Shown: in pieces, positions 41,767-58,121 of the stretch
Layout of the letters: every line of letters begins with the position of its first letter
Position numbering within the stretch: the stretch's first letter is position 1
Origin: the human T2T-CHM13v2.0 reference genome, Homo sapiens
NCBI RefSeq assembly: GCF_009914755.1
Contig: NC_060940.1
Length of the DNA: 64,000 nt
Strand: one strand, 5' to 3'
Program-made: the position numbers and the translations under genes
The notes under the pieces: generated by a model
The model's input: the letters and a program-made list of their open reading frames with translations, nothing else
Databases searched by the model: none
What the model was told of the DNA's origin: nothing

Positions 41767-42914
41767 ATAAAAAGAGGAAAAAAAAGCACATTTTTCTATA
41801 TAGGTAGTTTAAGACTCACAGCTCTAGGTCAAAGGTTGGGTATGAAGTGGACCAATGGTGCTGACATAGGGCCTGCCCAAGTGTTCTAACTGTAGTTGCA
41901 GTATGTTCAGAACCAGAAACAGAGTTTCAGAGTAGAAGCCTAGGCATTCATACACAGGGTTAAACCTACTTTCTTGACACACAGCAAGAAGAAGTCTACA
42001 GAGACTTTGTGCTACTTCAGTGAATCTTGCAACACAAAGGGAGTTCCTGGACCACGATGGCATCTGGCTCTACGTCCTTGTCACTCACTCTCCCTTATCT
42101 GCAAAATCTCCCTAATTCTTTTACCAAACCCTTTCACACTCAGATTAAAACTCTTCCACCATGATTTCTAGATGACCTAGTCATTCTGCGTTCTCAAAAC
42201 ATGTTTAGCATATTACAAAGATATCTTTCTCATACTGGCTTTTAATTATTTTTGAGCCCCTCAAGAGCAGGGTACATTCCTCATTTATTCTTGTGTTCCT
42301 GATAACTAATGTATTACCTATTGCACAAAAGATAATCAATGAATAACAGTTCATGAAATAAAGAGAATGATTTAATATATGCATGTAAAGAAACCTACAG
42401 CTTATGAATTATTAGTAAGAGACATGAATACATTTTTGGTTCTATAAGCAATTAAGTAAATATATACTTTTACTAAAAGGAGTTTAGACTCTATTGAGTT
42501 ATTGATTCTGATATAAAAATCACATAGTAGAAGAATGTCTAGTTCCATCTAAGCCATTTCTCATCAATATGCCTGAAGTTGTAATAGTGAAAGTACTTTC
42601 AAATAAGAATATAATTTTAGTTAATATTAATTTTTTTTAACTTTTCACTCAATACAGTGCCTTTATTAAACTGAAATGATTGCCCCTTCTTGGAAAATAG
42701 ATTATTTTATGGTCTATTTTGCTTTTTTTTTTTGTTCACTTTTTTATTACCAACCAATAATTTATATGCAAGAAACTTGATCAATGTGAGGGAACAAAAA
42801 TTGTTTTTAGTACTTTCAAAAGGTTTTCACTTTGGAACCCTGATAGTTGTCAGGACCATGGTATCCTTTTGGGGGAATTTTATACATATGCATACCTTTA
42901 GTTAATTGTCTTAA

Positions 42915-43244
<330 letters not shown>

Positions 43245-43378
43245 AAAATCATAACTTTTTAAAGCTATATAGAAATACCAAAAAAGCAAGTAAAAAAGAC
43301 ACCAAGAATCACATAACTCAGAAATAATGATTAATATCAATTGAATATCATTCCAAATGTTGGTAGATATCTCTAGTG

Positions 43379-43596
43379 CAGGGCTTCCCAGTCTCACCAC
43401 TTTTGACATGTGGGCTGGATAATTCCTCATGGTGGTTGAGGACCGTCCTGTGCATTGTTGGAGCTAAGCAGTATCCCTGGTTCCTACCCAAGAGATGCCA
43501 GTAGCATCCTTCCTCCAAATGTGACGACCAAAAATGTCTCCAAACATTGCCAAATGTCCCCTGGGTAAAGAATTGCCCTAGGTGGAGAATCACCAC
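43379..43596 (-). mobile_element. MER20
   Basis: aaaaatgtctccaaacattgccaaatgtcccctggg. Confidence 0.88.
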
Positions 43597-44147
43597 TTTA
43601 GACAAAATAATTTTAAAAAGAGGTTGAGAAATGAATTTATAAAACTTTATTCATTAAAATTGAGAAAGAAAACACCAAATTTAAGCCAAGATGGCTCATG
43701 AAATTTATATATCTAACGAAGTATATTCAACGTAAGTGATCCCGCTAAACTTACAAAAAAAGATTATGCGCGTTTTAAAAGATTGTAGAGTCACTACATT
43801 TTATATTAAATGTATTTTTAAATTATAAGCAGCATTTATCTACTGTGAGAAATGGAAAAGCTAGCACTCATTTCTTCTTTCCCCTTCTTTATCTCCCCCT
43901 TCCCAGTTTTTGCTAGTTATGCTATTATTTGTATATTGTTACTTTTAAAGGCTAACCACTAGTTCTATTCTCCAATGCTTTTTATTTTGATTAATTTCTT
44001 TTTGTCAGTTAGTTGATATTTTACCTTTTTTTTTGTCTTTAGAAAGATTCTTGAGGGTTGCATTTTTTTGATTTTGTATGTGCTTGAGAATATTTGTTGC
44101 CTTAGGATTCTAAAACTCTGATGCTTTAACTTTATATTGTCTATTGG

Positions 44148-44750
44148 GAACAGCTTAATTGACATATAATTCACAGCCTATAATTCACCCTTTTAAAAGT
44201 GTACAGTTCAATCAATTTTAGTATATTTAATCATTTTAATGTACTATACAGATTTGAGCAACCATCACCATAATCATTTTGAGGACATTTTTATCACCCC
44301 CAAAGTAGACCTGCTCCCATTTTCCAGACACTGTCCATTTCACGCACTCCCCATCCCAGCCCTAAGCAACCAGTAACCTGCTTTTTTTTTTCTACAGACT
44401 TGCATATTCTGAATATTTCATATAGATAAAAATACAAGATATGTGATCTCTTGTGACTGACTACTTTTACTTAGCATCATATTGTCAAGGAGGTTCATCA
44501 GTGTTGTAGAATACATCAACGCTTCATTCTTTTTTATGACCAAATAATACTCCATTCTGTGGCTATACCACATTTTGTTTAATCACTCATCAGTTCATGG
44601 ACATTTGGGCTGGATCCACTTTTTGGATATTATGATAAGGCTTCTGTGGACATCCATGTATGCTTTTTTTTTTGTGGACAAAGGCTTTATTTCTCTTCGG
44701 TATGTACCTAGGAGTAGAATTTCCCTACATTTAACCTCTTTAGGAACTGG
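44148..44750 (-). mobile_element. L1MB/ME 3' region
   Basis: cagcttaattgacatataattcac...gtacctaggagtagaatt. Confidence 0.8.
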
Positions 44751-45974
44751 CGTAATTTTTATGTGGCATGCTGTGTAACCTTCAGTAGTTTGCATATATG
44801 ATCCCATACTTGTCTGTGCTGAGGAATGCAGTTGTCTCGTCTTCTACTGCTTTTCTAAATGTCTTTTTAGTTGACTGTATTTCATTATGAATATAGGTTT
44901 TGTTTTTGAAAAATTTTCTCAACAGGGCTCTTGTATGCTTTATTTTCAGAATTCTTTCAGACTTGAAAGTGTCTGCCTATTGCCTTAACACTTCAGAAGT
45001 AAACTAGACTGGATAAATTTTCTTTCTCTCAGGAATCTATGGACAGATTTCCTTTATTTTATGCCATTGAGTACTGTGAAGGACTCTGAGGCCATACTGG
45101 TTTTTTTCACCTTGTATGTGACTTGCTTTTTCTGTCTGAATACTCGAAGGAACAATTATCCTTAAAGGTCACTAATTTAACAAGAATGTACCTGAATGTT
45201 GTTCATTTGGTATTACTTTTTCTGGAAATAGAAGTGATGTGATAAAAGGTATATACACATTTTATAAGTTGTTAAAATTTTTGCAAATGTGGTCTGAATT
45301 TCTGCTCTCAGTCTCTCTATCTGAGCAAGGCAGTATTTTTAACTCTTTGGCGTTTGAATTTTTCAACCCATTTTATCACATGTATTTCTTTTCAGGTAAT
45401 TCATTACATTGAAATTTTATGTTTAATCAAAGCACCCTGAAGCCTTCATAGTTAGAAAAGATTGCTGTAAGTTTCTCGTTCCAAAAAATTCTTGAGTCAC
45501 TGGAGTTAGTTTCTTCATTTTGTCTGCATCGACTAGTACAGCTGTCTGAGAAATCACAGCTGCCCAGAGTGCATTAAATAATCAAAGGTGCATGTAGGCA
45601 ATAAATAACTTTGCAGAAGTGAGACTCTTCAACTGGAAAAAGATATTGACTAGTGATTTGGTTAATTTCTCTTTCATTTGACAGAGTTCTCTTCCATTTG
45701 GCAGACTACATATAAACCGTTAAAAAAAGTGAGGATCAATTCCATTTCAACACATAATAAAATAATGTAACTTTGTTAGCTCCACTATGCTTGATAATTC
45801 TCTATTATAACATTTTTATTTTAACTTTTATATTTTACTTTATCTTATTGGGTTTATCTTTTTCAATTTCACTTTTGTATGCCCTCTTTCTCTTCCTCTT
45901 TTTCTTCTTCCTCCTCTTCTCTTGTCTCTGTTTTTCCACTTTTCTTCCCTCTTTCCACTTGTGGGAAAGAGCAA

Positions 45975-46030
45975 AAGAGCAATGAACAAAATAGATAAAA
46001 ATATCGGTATTCTTGGAGCTTATATTTTCT

Positions 46031-46064
<34 letters not shown>

Positions 46065-47600
46065 ATAATCAATTGAAATATGTGGTACAGTAGAAGCTGG
46101 TAAGAGCTATGAGGAAAATAAAGTTGAGGCAGGAGTGGGGTAATTTTAAATAGGATGGTCATTTAAAGCTCAGGAAGAAGGTGGCATTTGAATAAAGATT
46201 TGAAGAAAACAGGAATGCAAGGCACATGTCTACCTTTGGAAGAGTACTCTACACAGAGGGAAAGGCCAGATAAACCACACAGAAATGGGGTGTAGATGGT
46301 ATACTCATGGAACAGCCATATGGTCCAAGTGTTTGGAGCAGAGTGGGCAAGAAAGAGAGTGGTAGAAGTCAGAGAGAAACCTGGTGGTCAGATCAGGAAA
46401 GATTTTGAAAATCCATTTTCAATCTGAATGAAATTGGAGAACATTAGAGACTTTTGAGAAGACGAGTGATATGATCTAACTCAGGTTTTAGTGAGATTAA
46501 ATAGGGAAAGCTCAAAGCAAGGAAACCATTTAGGGGACCATATCACCAACCCAGCTGAGAAATTATGGTAGCTTGAGCCATGGGTGCAATGATGAGAGTT
46601 GTGGTGTGGGTAGAGTTGAAAGGAAAACCAGTAAAATTTCCTGATGAATTGTTGTAGTTTGCAAAAGGAAAAGTCAAAAATAACACCAAGGTGTTTGATC
46701 TAATCAATTAGAGGGAAAGAACTGGCATTAATTGAAATGGGGGAGATTGCTGCTGGGGTCAGAGTTGTAGAGAAATATAAAGAGCCCAGTTTTAGGACAT
46801 ATTAAGGTTGAGATGTCATTAAACATTCAGGAAGAGATGTGGAGTTGTCAGTTTTCAGCATGTTTAAAGCCACAAGATGGAACAGCAGGAGTTATTTTGG
46901 ATGAAGAAATAACAACAGGGCTTTGGGGCAATTAAGTATGGATAAATTGACGAGGTGAAGAGGAAGCAAGAAAGAAGACTGAGAATATATCACCTATGAG
47001 AAAAGAAGAGTGTGGGTATCCTGGACTCCAAGTGAAGAACGTGTTTCAAGGAGGAGAGAGCAATCAACTGTGTTAAATGTTGTTAGCTTAAGTAAGATAA
47101 AACTGAGAACTGATAATGGCTTTAGCAACATGGATGTTATAGCGACCTTGGTGATGGTTTGTTTTGTCAAGTGTTTGGGGATAAAAGCCTCAGATAGATT
47201 CAAGGAATAGTGGGAGGAAAAAATGTGGGAAAATGTAATGGTAAATGGGGGAGAAAGTATGATCACGAGAGTGGGGTTTCTGAGATGAGAGAATTAATAG
47301 CATGTCTGTGTTAGTAAGAGAGATCCAGTAAATAAATCCCTGCATTGTGGACGGTTAATTCATTCTGACAGGAGAAAATGGAGAACACAGGTGATGTTGC
47401 AGGAAGGTGAACAGGTGTGGTGGTGGGTGCTTAGAGGAGGTCACTTCTGTCTTCTGCTCTTTTCTTAGAGATTACTAGAAAAGTTAAAGAATGAGAAATG
47501 AGATGTATTATTGGGGAGAGGAAGTGTGAAGTAATCCTCTAAGAGCATGGGACAGTGAAGGCATGAAGGAAATATAGTGTGATCGCAGAGGAGCATTGAG
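45975..47600 (-). mobile_element. Long L2 remnant with (GA)n at 46033-46061
   Basis: ttttaggacatattaaggttgagatg, gtttcaaggaggagagagcaatcaactgtg, tttagcaacatgga motifs. Confidence 0.8.
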
Positions 47601-49465
47601 TGTGCACACTTGGCATCATATTACAGCACGTGTACTTACCTGTAGTGTTCTTTAAAACCCGATGTTTATACACAGTCCCACATAAGGATTTGTAACTAAG
47701 TTCTGTATGCAGGTATCAGGCAATAAGTATATTATGAATAATTTACTAGTTTTTATTTTCAATTATTTTAGTCTAATACTTTAATTAATATTTAAATGTA
47801 TTTTCTATACATGGAAAAATATTCAACATGCCAGATTACAAATGGGCTGTAACAGACCAGTGTATAGATGTGCCTACTTAAAAACAGTAATGTGTATGCT
47901 GTAAAGACTATAAGTGTGCAAATGCAGGAAGTTATTAAGAACCCTTCTACTTACTGTTAATTGCCGAGTTAAAATAATTTTTTAAAAGACAGTAATCTGA
48001 ATATCAAGTGACTTTTGACTTTAACCGTGTAAATAAAGGAATCGCACTTTTGTTAGTAAATGGCCAATAAAAAGCTCAAAATTCTGATTGGGCACTTAAT
48101 TATTTTGTGTTGCTGAAATCAGAATCACTCTATCTCATGTTTTTTGAATAAATGAATTTGGTCCTCTTCTCTGATAAATAACTGGACTCAAATTTTATTG
48201 CATGATCATGTGTGTTCATGGAGGACATCAATCTTGGATTGACCAGATTTACCTTGAATTTATAATATGTTCTCCTTTTATATTAAATGATCGTCATTTG
48301 CTAATTCAGAATAGGTTACTTCAAATAGAATAAGGATGTTACGCTTGGGAGGCTCTCTCGTCTGATGCCCAACTCCACACCTCTTTGTTGTCACTCTGAC
48401 CTTCGTAGGAATGACTGAGGGATGATGCAGTGGCAAACTTAGATAAGTGTTACTTATCTCATTTACTATTTTATATATTCTCTTACATCCAGACTAAAAA
48501 TAATTGGATGTTGCTCCAAAATTCTGTTCTTCCAGTTTCTTCTAAAATAAAATTATATGTGTGTATGTCTTTGAATAATTAAATACACAAGTCTATTTCT
48601 TTGCTATTAATATCAAAACAGTTTTGTGCAAAACTAGTATAAGACTAATGAAAAGAAATATCTTCTTCAGTGATAGTTTGTAAGATCTTTTGATTATAAA
48701 AACAAGTTCTGCTCTGCCTTCATAAAAGGAATTTTCACTTTCCATTTGCCACATCTATCTTACTGTATGTGCATGTGTGGGGGTGGTTAGGGGGTGTTTA
48801 TGGAAACATCTATGAACAGCTTTGTTCTCTTTTATATTGCTCTGCAAACCACAAGCTATAATTATCTCCAGCCAGATTTTATTTTCTTCATTTTTATTTT
48901 GCTTATATTGATTCCTATTGAGGTTAATAAATAGTTGAAAACAATAATAGATGTGCTAAAAAGAGGAACCAGTGAATTATGAAACCAATACATAGGTTAT
49001 TGTGTTCTGATAATATAACATATAATTTAATCTTAGAATTTTATTTCTGTTAAAATCTATATTTTTCAGCTTATTTAAAAATAATTCATGTGTTTAGAAG
49101 ATGCACTGATTACTAAAATATTCTTCACATCAGCATTTCAACATTTAAAGCATTTTTACTTTTAAGAAAAGGCTTGTTGGAATTTTATATGCATATAAAA
49201 TTTCCTGTAGGGCTAGGAAATCTAAAAATCTAAACATTTTTTAGACTTGACATCGAAAGCACAATCCGTAAAAGGCTAAATTGATAAATGAGACTTTATC
49301 AAAATGAAATTTTACTTTGTGAAAGCTTGCATGAAGAGGAAGAAAAGTCAGGCTACAGACTGGTCAAAAAACAGTTGCAAACCACCTATCTGAGAAAGGA
49401 CTAGTATATAGAATATATGAAGAATCCTCAAAAGTTGACAGTTAAAAACACAATTAAAATATGGG

Positions 49466-49846
49466 TGTTACGTACTAAATTGTTTTCCCAAAATTTATGT
49501 TGAAGCCCTAACCCCAATGTGACTATATTTGAAGATAGGGCCTTTAAGGAGATCATTAAGGTAAATGAGGTGGTAAGGGTGGTGCCCTAATTCAATAGGA
49601 CCAGTGTCCTTATAAGAAAGAGACACCAGAGACCCCACTCTCTGTGCTGACTCAGAGGAAAGACCATGTAAGGTCACAGGATGAAGGCAGTCATCTGCAA
49701 GCCAGGAAGAGAGGTCTCACAAGAAACCAATCCTACCAGCACCTTGATCTTTGACTTTTAGCCTCCAGCACTGTGAGAAATAAATGTGTTTTTTAAGCCA
49801 CCTGACCTGTGAGATTTTGTTATGGCAGCCTGGGCAGACTAACACA
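49466..49846 (+). mobile_element. MLT1A/B MaLR solo LTR
   Basis: TG...CA ends with exact 5-bp TSD atggg. Confidence 0.9.
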
Positions 49847-50120
49847 ATGGGCAAAAGACGTGGAAGGAGGTTCAACCAAAGAAGGTATACAGATGGCAAG
49901 AAAGCACATGAAATGATACCCAGCATCATCAACTGCTAGGCAAATGCATATTACATCCTCAATGAGGCACCACTTTACACCTCTCAAAAGGACTAAGATT
50001 TAAAAAAAAAATAGTGCCAACACAAAATACTGGTCAGTATATTGAGAAATTGGATCACTCATACACTGCTGGTAGGAATGTCAAATAGCAAAACCACACT
50101 AGAAAACCGTTTAGTAGTTT

Positions 50121-50721
50121 CTTTTTGTTAATTTTCTATTTTACTTTAAGTTCTGGGATACATGTGCAGAATGTGCAGATTTGTCACATAGGTGTGTATG
50201 TGCCACAGGCGTTGGCTGCACCTATCAACCCGTCATCTAGGTTTTAAGCCCCGCATCCATTAGGTATTTGTCTTAATGCTGTCCCTCCCCTTGCCCCCCA
50301 ACCCCCAACAGGCCCCATTGTGTGATGTTCCCCTCTCTGTGTCCATGTATTCTCATTATTTAACTCCCACTTACAAGTGATAACATGTGGTGTTTGGTTT
50401 TCTGTTTCTGTGTTAGTGTGCTGAGACTAATGGTTTCCAGATTCATCCACGTCCCTGCAAAGGACATTAACTCATTCTTTTTCAAGGCTGCATAGTATTC
50501 TGTGGTGTAGATGCGCCACATTTTCTTCACCCAGTCTATCATTGATGGGCATTTGGGTGGGTTCCAAGTCTTTGCTATTGTAAATAGTGCTGCAATAAAC
50601 ATACATGTGCAAATGATTTATAATTCTTTGGGTGTATGCCCAGTAATGGCATTGCTGGGTCAAATGGTATTTCTGGTTCTAGATCCTTGAGGAATCACCA
50701 CACTGTCTTCCACAATGGTTT
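50121..50721 (-). mobile_element. L1PA (about PA7-8) 3' end
   Basis: actttaagttctgggatacatgtgcagaa...gatccttgaggaatcaccacactgtc. Confidence 0.92.
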
Positions 50722-50968
50722 GCAACTCTCATACAATCCAGTGATTGTACTCTTGGGCATTTTCCCCAGGGAACTGGCAACTTATGTTCACAAAATATTT
50801 GTATACAGATGTTGACAAAAGCTTTATTGGTAATAGCTGAAAGCTACGTAGGTGTCCTTCTGCAGGTAGATGGTTAAATAAATTTTAATATATCCATACC
50901 ATGGAATACTACTCAGCAGTAGAAAGAGATGAACTATTGATACAGAAAACAATATGAGTAAATCTTCA

Positions 50969-51269
<301 letters not shown>

Positions 51270-52319
51270 TGAGTAATTCTGATTTTTTTTAAAAGTAAGC
51301 CAGTCTCAAAAGACTGCATATTTTATGCTTTTATTTGAGAGCATTCTTGAAATGACAAAATTATAGAAATGAGGAACTAATTAGTTGTGCCAGGAGGTTA
51401 AAGAAGGGGTAAGGAGGGAGGAAAGCGGTTTTAGCTGTGCGCGGGAAGGATGAAGAATACTGTGGCAATAGAAATGTTCTGCCTCTTAGCGTCAGTGTCA
51501 CTATCCTGGTTTTGACATCCTGCTATTGTTTTGTAAGGTATGATCATGGGGGAAACTAGATAAAGGGTGCATGGAATCTTTCTGTGTTATTTCTTACACC
51601 TGCGTAAGAATCTACAAACATTTGGAAATAAACATTTTAATTAAATCCGTATTTCTGGCTTATTTCTTTATGATTATTAAGCATTCAGAAAGACTCATTT
51701 GAATAGTGAATGATTCCTTGCTTCGGCATTTCTAAATTTCATTTTATTTTGCTTTTAAGAAAGGTAGTGTTAGCATGTTATATGCATTTTGATTTTAAAA
51801 GTACAATGTATTACCTTGAAAAACAATGTGTTTTTTAAATACTGTTCTTTTATAAACAGCTTTATTGATATCAAATTCATATATTGCACAATTCAGTAAT
51901 ATAAAGTGTGCTATTGAATGGCTTTTAGTATATCTACATTGTGTAACAATGACCACACCAATTTTAGAACATGGTCATTACCCTGAGAAGAAACCTTACC
52001 CCTCTGAGCCGCTGCTCTCCCTCGATCGCTCCATCTCCCTAACCCTGGGAAACCACAAATCTACTTTGTCTCCATAAGCCTGTTTTTTTTTAAAAAAGGA
52101 ATTCTATAAATGTTTAGCAAAATAAATTATTTTTAAAAGTACTTATAGTCCTAGCATAGTACTAAGTTAATTTTCCTAAATTGACTTCATTTTTAACTTT
52201 CTATATGAAATTCAATACTTAGTACATCTTCCTCTTTTACGTGAATGACTATATGGATTTATTCTTTTATATAATTTCCTTTATTCTGGTAAGATAAAAG
52301 GTAGGGTTTCTAGAAAATT

Positions 52320-52628
52320 ATTATTTTATTTATTTATTATTTTTTGATGCAGAGTCTCATTCTGTCATCCAGGCTGGAATGCAGATGCGTAATCTGGGCT
52401 GACTGCAACCTCAGCCTCCCAGGCTCAAGTGATTCTCCTGCCTCAGCCTCCTAAGTAGTGGGGGTTACAGGCATCTGCCACAATGCCTGGCTAATTTTTG
52501 CATTTTTAGTAGAGACAGGGTTTCACCATGTTGGTCAGACTGGTCTCGAACTCCTGACCTCAAGTGATCTGCCCACCTCAGCCCCCAAAAGTGCTGGGAT
52601 TACAGGCATGAGCCACCGTGCCTGGCCT
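52320..52628 (-). mobile_element. AluS
   Basis: Antisense dimer; TSD ta(g/a)aaaattatt. Confidence 0.92.
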
Positions 52629-52724
52629 AAAAAATTATTCTAAAATCTCTAGTACCCTATATTGAATTGAATTGACAATGATGTAGTTTAGAGAATTTTA
52701 TTTTTACTTTTTTATGATTGTTAT

Positions 52725-53090
52725 TTAAATTTTTTTCTAGATACATAATACTTATGCATATTTATGGGGTACGTGTGATATTTTGTTACATGCATAGAAT
52801 GTGCATGCATAGAATGTGTAATGATCCAGTCAGGGGACTTAGGATATCCATCACCTTGAGCATTTATCATTTCTGGGAGTTGGGAACATTTGAGTCCTTT
52901 CTCCTAGCTATTTTGAAATACAAACGACAATGTTCTTAACTGTAGTCACCCCAGTCTGCTATTGAACATGAAGCTTATTCCTTCTATCTAACTGGAATTT
53001 TGTATTCATTGCCCAATCTCTCTTCCTCTTTTCCCCCTCCGCCATTTCCTGCCTCTGGTTACTATCATTCTCCTCTCCCCCTCCATGAGA
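52725..53090 (-). mobile_element. L1MA 3' end
   Basis: tatttatggggtacgtgtgatattttgttacatgcatagaatgtg. Confidence 0.85.
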
Positions 53091-55293
53091 TTAGGGAATT
53101 TTAAACCACCTAATCCATAGAATGCTGTCCTCAAAAGCCTGCAGCTCCTGCTGCTGCCTGCCTGCTGAGCTCTGTTTCCTCCCTCTCTTTGCCCTTCCTT
53201 TCTCTGAGGTGGCCCAGATTCTGGTGGGTGTCTCTTAGCACAGCGGGTAAAGGGCTGGGATACCACATGCCATTAACATTATTTGATCATGGAAATATTG
53301 GCCTTTGCTTTCTTTATAATTGTTTTGAATTAGCAGCAATTTCTTAACCCAATAAAACTTCCTTACCTCATTTTCTACCTTTTGTGAACGTATAAAATAA
53401 GGTCTCCTAACTAAATGAAATAGACATTATTATGTATATGAGAGTGCTGAATATGCCTAAAGTAATAAATTGGTTTCATTGCTTTAAAGGCATTCATGTA
53501 CAGATAGCAGCAATTCAAAGAATTGTTCATCTGGTTCAAGCACTTCCTTGAAGCCTTCTATATGATGCTTTATTGAGTTAGTTATGATATAATATGAAAA
53601 AAATAAATGTTATGTCATAATATTACCTAATTTAAACCTTTAAGTAATTATGAATGTTCCTCTTTCTAATCAGACAAAATAAGATTTAATAACATTCCAT
53701 AATGTGAAGCTTATTTTTATGTTAATGTATAACATTTAAACAAAAAGGCATCTAATTCCTTCTGAAAACAGATCAGCTAAGAACTTCTAAGAATGCAAAT
53801 GTGTTGTTATCCCTGACTTGATATTTTACATTTTCTTGCATTTATTTTGTCCTAGAGATCCAAAGGTCTAGTACAGGAATAGCTGTAAAAGGGACAAAAG
53901 GAATAGGCTTGATGTGACTCTGATAATATATGGTTTCATTTGACTCTGGGAGGAAAAACTTCAAAGTAGATTATTAGTTGAATAAATTCAGCTCTAAAAT
54001 TGTCCACACACAAGCTGAGAATTGACTTTTGAATCAGATCCACCAGAAAAACAAACAAAAATAGAAGCATTATTCGGTCTAGAATTTATACAAAGTAAAT
54101 TAAAATTTAAGAAACACGTATAAGCAAAGTCAAGTTTGTGATTTTTAACTCTGTATCTTGGTATCTGTTCTCTGCTAACATAACAAACTGTTGTTTTGAA
54201 ATTGCTGTTTTCCAACATCAGAGGATCAACACATCTTTCTTCCAGGAAGGTAATTTAGATAGAATTTTATCCATGTAGGTAATGTGTGTAGAGGCAGTTG
54301 CTTAAAACTAAAGATGTATATTCGTATTTGATGTGCAGAGAACTTGCTAGTGGCAGCAGACAATACAGAGTTTGTTTCTCTGATTTTACTCCTCATCAAC
54401 CACCTGTATCCAGTCGGATTTCACTCCTGTCAGCTCATGCTGTTGCATTTATATTTGATTTTCCATAGTTTTTGCTATATATGGTTCATAATATTTTTTC
54501 GAAAGAAAAGTTGTAGATATGAAAAAAGGAGTGAGAAATTAAAGATAAGTGGTATTTGGGCAGCAATTATAATTAACTTTATAGTCTACATTTTTTTCAG
54601 ATCTCTTAATTTATATCCCAACCTTTTCAACATTTTCTGCCCATTTTGAACATTTGTAAACATTTTGAGAACACTTTTAATTTGCTGTCATCTACTTCAT
54701 TCTTATTGGCAAAGTAAGAGATAATTTTGAATAAAAAGAGCATTTTCATGAGAATGTCAGCTTGGACAGAGTAAGTTGCATGTTGGTTTGTAATTAGACA
54801 AGACTATTTAGAATGCCGGTCTCAGTTTAGAAAATCACAAGGCCCATTAAAGAAAACAGTTTATGTAACTCTGTGAAGTGTGTGTGTTAGAAGTGTTAGA
54901 ACAAAAAATACTGTGAGCTTCTCTTGGGTTTTTGTTTAAAGCAGGTAAGTGTTTTAATTTTGAAGTTATAAAAGATTGCCTATTTATCAATGTTTGGCAG
55001 ATCGTATAATATCACTTTGGTGGAGGATATACTATTGAGGCTGAGGATATTTGTTCCGTATAAAATATAACATTTAGACCATTTCTGTAATGATCATTCT
55101 TACTCTCTATTGGAAAAAATCCAGGATTTCAATTCCTGTAAAATCTCTTATGATATACTCATATCTTGTATACTACATAGTTGACAGAAAAAAAGAGCAG
55201 ATTTGTATAAATAACATTTTAAATAGCAAAAGTGCTAAAAATAGAACATGTAATTGTCATTCATTTTATTTCATGAATTTGTTTTCTTTCTGA

Positions 55294-55563
<270 letters not shown>

Positions 55564-56143
55564 TAAACTACTCATGTGTCTACTTTATCATCTGATTCTT
55601 TTCATTGCGCCCCTTTGAAAAACTCAATAATATTAACTTATCCTGTTTGTAAGAAAATAATTTGATACTTAACATGTGATAATTTGGGGAAATAACTGGT
55701 AGTTTCTTGTACCAATTTAAATGCAGTTTTAATTTCAGTTAATTAAAACTAAAACACAATTTTTTAGTTAATTACAAATTACTTAATCAACCACTCATTT
55801 TGATATACTTCTAAGCTGCTCTTATCTTAATATCAAATGTGTATAGCATGCCTTAAAAATTATGTAAACTTTGAGTTACTGTAACAGTTATTTTTACGTA
55901 CAATGCCAGTTGCTATTTAGTTTCCTTGCCTTGGATAAATAGCTTTACTTTTTATCGATAGGAAAAATTAGCTCTGAGGAGGACTATCTTAGAATACCAT
56001 TTTTTTTCAAAAACATGAATGTATTTAACTGTCTCATTTCACATCAGAAGACCTAGCTCTGTGTCAGTGTCATGAGTTTCAAACAATAGCATTGAAACCA
56101 TCTATGTTCGTTATCTTTCTGTTCAGCGATTGTTACGCTGTAG

Positions 56144-56455
<312 letters not shown>

Positions 56456-56729
56456 TAAGCAATCATTTTATTGTATGATATGTGTTCAGAAATGGCCCAA
56501 GATAAAATAATACCAACTATAGAAACAAGGATAATAACAACAAGCAATAATAACAAATCACCATGGATTCACAAACTGTGTCCAAATGCTTCATTTCTTC
56601 TGCATAACCAGCCTGTGAAATGGGTGTTATCCGTATTTTACAGATGAGATAGCTGAGCTTCCAGGGTTGACTTGCCTACAGAAATTCATCTCATAAATGA
56701 GATTCAGATTTGTGTTTAACTAATTCCTA

Positions 56730-56959
56730 TTTGCCTGCCTGCCTGCCTGCCTGCCGCCCTCCTTTCTTTCTCTCTCTCTCTTTCTTTTCTTTATTTCCTT
56801 CCTTCCTTCCTTCCTTCCTTCCTTCCTTCCTTCCTTCCTTCCTTCTTTCTTTCTTTCTTTTCTCTCTTTCTCTCTTTCCTTCTTTCTCTCTTTCTCTCCT
56901 TTTCTTTTCTTTTCTTTTCTTTTCTTTTCTTTTCTTTTCTTTTCTTTTCTTTTCTTTCT
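56730..56959. repeat. Compound (GCCT)n/(TTCC)n/(TTTTC)n polypyrimidine tract (expanded Alu tail)
   Basis: Seen directly; abuts an antisense Alu. Confidence 0.95.
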
Positions 56960-57242
56960 TGACAGAGTCTCGCTCTGTCACCCAGGCTGGAGTGCAATAG
57001 TGCGATCTCGGCTCACTGCAACCTCCGCCCCCAGGGTTCTAGCAATTCTCCTACCTCAGCCTCCTGAGTAGCTGGGATTACAGGTACCTACCACTACGCC
57101 TGGCTAATTTGTTTGTATTTTTAGTAGAAATGGGGTTTTGCCATGTTGGCCAGGCTGGTCTTGAACTCCTGACCTCAGGTGATCCACCTGCCTCAGCCTC
57201 CCAGAGTACTAGGAAGACAGGTGTGAGCCACTGCACCCAGCC
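56960..57242 (-). mobile_element. AluSx-like
   Basis: Antisense dimer. Confidence 0.93.
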
Positions 57243-57831
57243 TTACCTGCTTTCTTAATATTACAGGTTACATGATTGGTTTCAGCTTATTTATTTATTA
57301 TCTTATTGTTTTATTATGATACCAGGAATGTTTATCTCTGTTCTCAGAATTGTTGAGGAAGCCTTCTTTGATGAGGAAATCATCCAGCCGATGCCAAACA
57401 TTGAACACTCCCCCGGCCCCCCCGCCCCACCAACCATCACATCAAAAACAGGCCAATAGCAAAAAGAAAAGAAAACAAAACAGATACCCAGTGTGTATAG
57501 AATTCATGTTTGACAGTTTCACCAGTTCCTCTGCTATTTTCCCTCATTTTGCCCATTTTTTTTTCTGATATTTTCTGGTCACCTTCTTAATATTTATATC
57601 AGAATGTTGTTCCTTTATTTCCTAAATCCATTCATGTGGCATTTATAGGTTTGATAGTGGAATCCTTCTGGATGTGTTTGTTTTACTTTGAATCTTTGCT
57701 AATTCGTTTGTAGAAGTTATGGACCATGAATTATCTCTTACTTGATCACTTCTCATATAGTTTAACATAAATGAAGACATAAAACACTATAAAGCAGAAT
57801 AAATGATAAGTTATTAGAAATTGTACTTCAA

Positions 57832-58121
57832 GGCCAGGCATGATGTAGTCCTAGCACTTTTGGAGACCAAGGTAGGAAGATTGCTTGGGGCCAGGAGTTT
57901 GAGACCAGCCTGGGAAACACAGCAAGATCCATCTCTACAAAAAGTAAAAAATTAAAAAAATTAGGCAGGCATGGTGGCACTCGCCTGTAATCCCAGCGTT
58001 CGAGAAGCTGAGGTGGGAGGATGGTTGAACCCAGTAATTGGAGGCTGTGGTGAACTATGATCACGCTACTGCACTCCATCCTGGGTGACAGAGGGAGCCC
58101 CTGTCTCAACAACAACAACAA
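57832..58121 (+). mobile_element. AluJ
   Basis: Diverged dimer with (AAC)n tail. Confidence 0.9.

Noticed and set aside
56710-57000. Lys/Arg/Glu-rich and Phe/Ser-rich ORFs (also 40496-40769, 45773-46162)
   Set aside because: Artefacts of purine/pyrimidine microsatellites.
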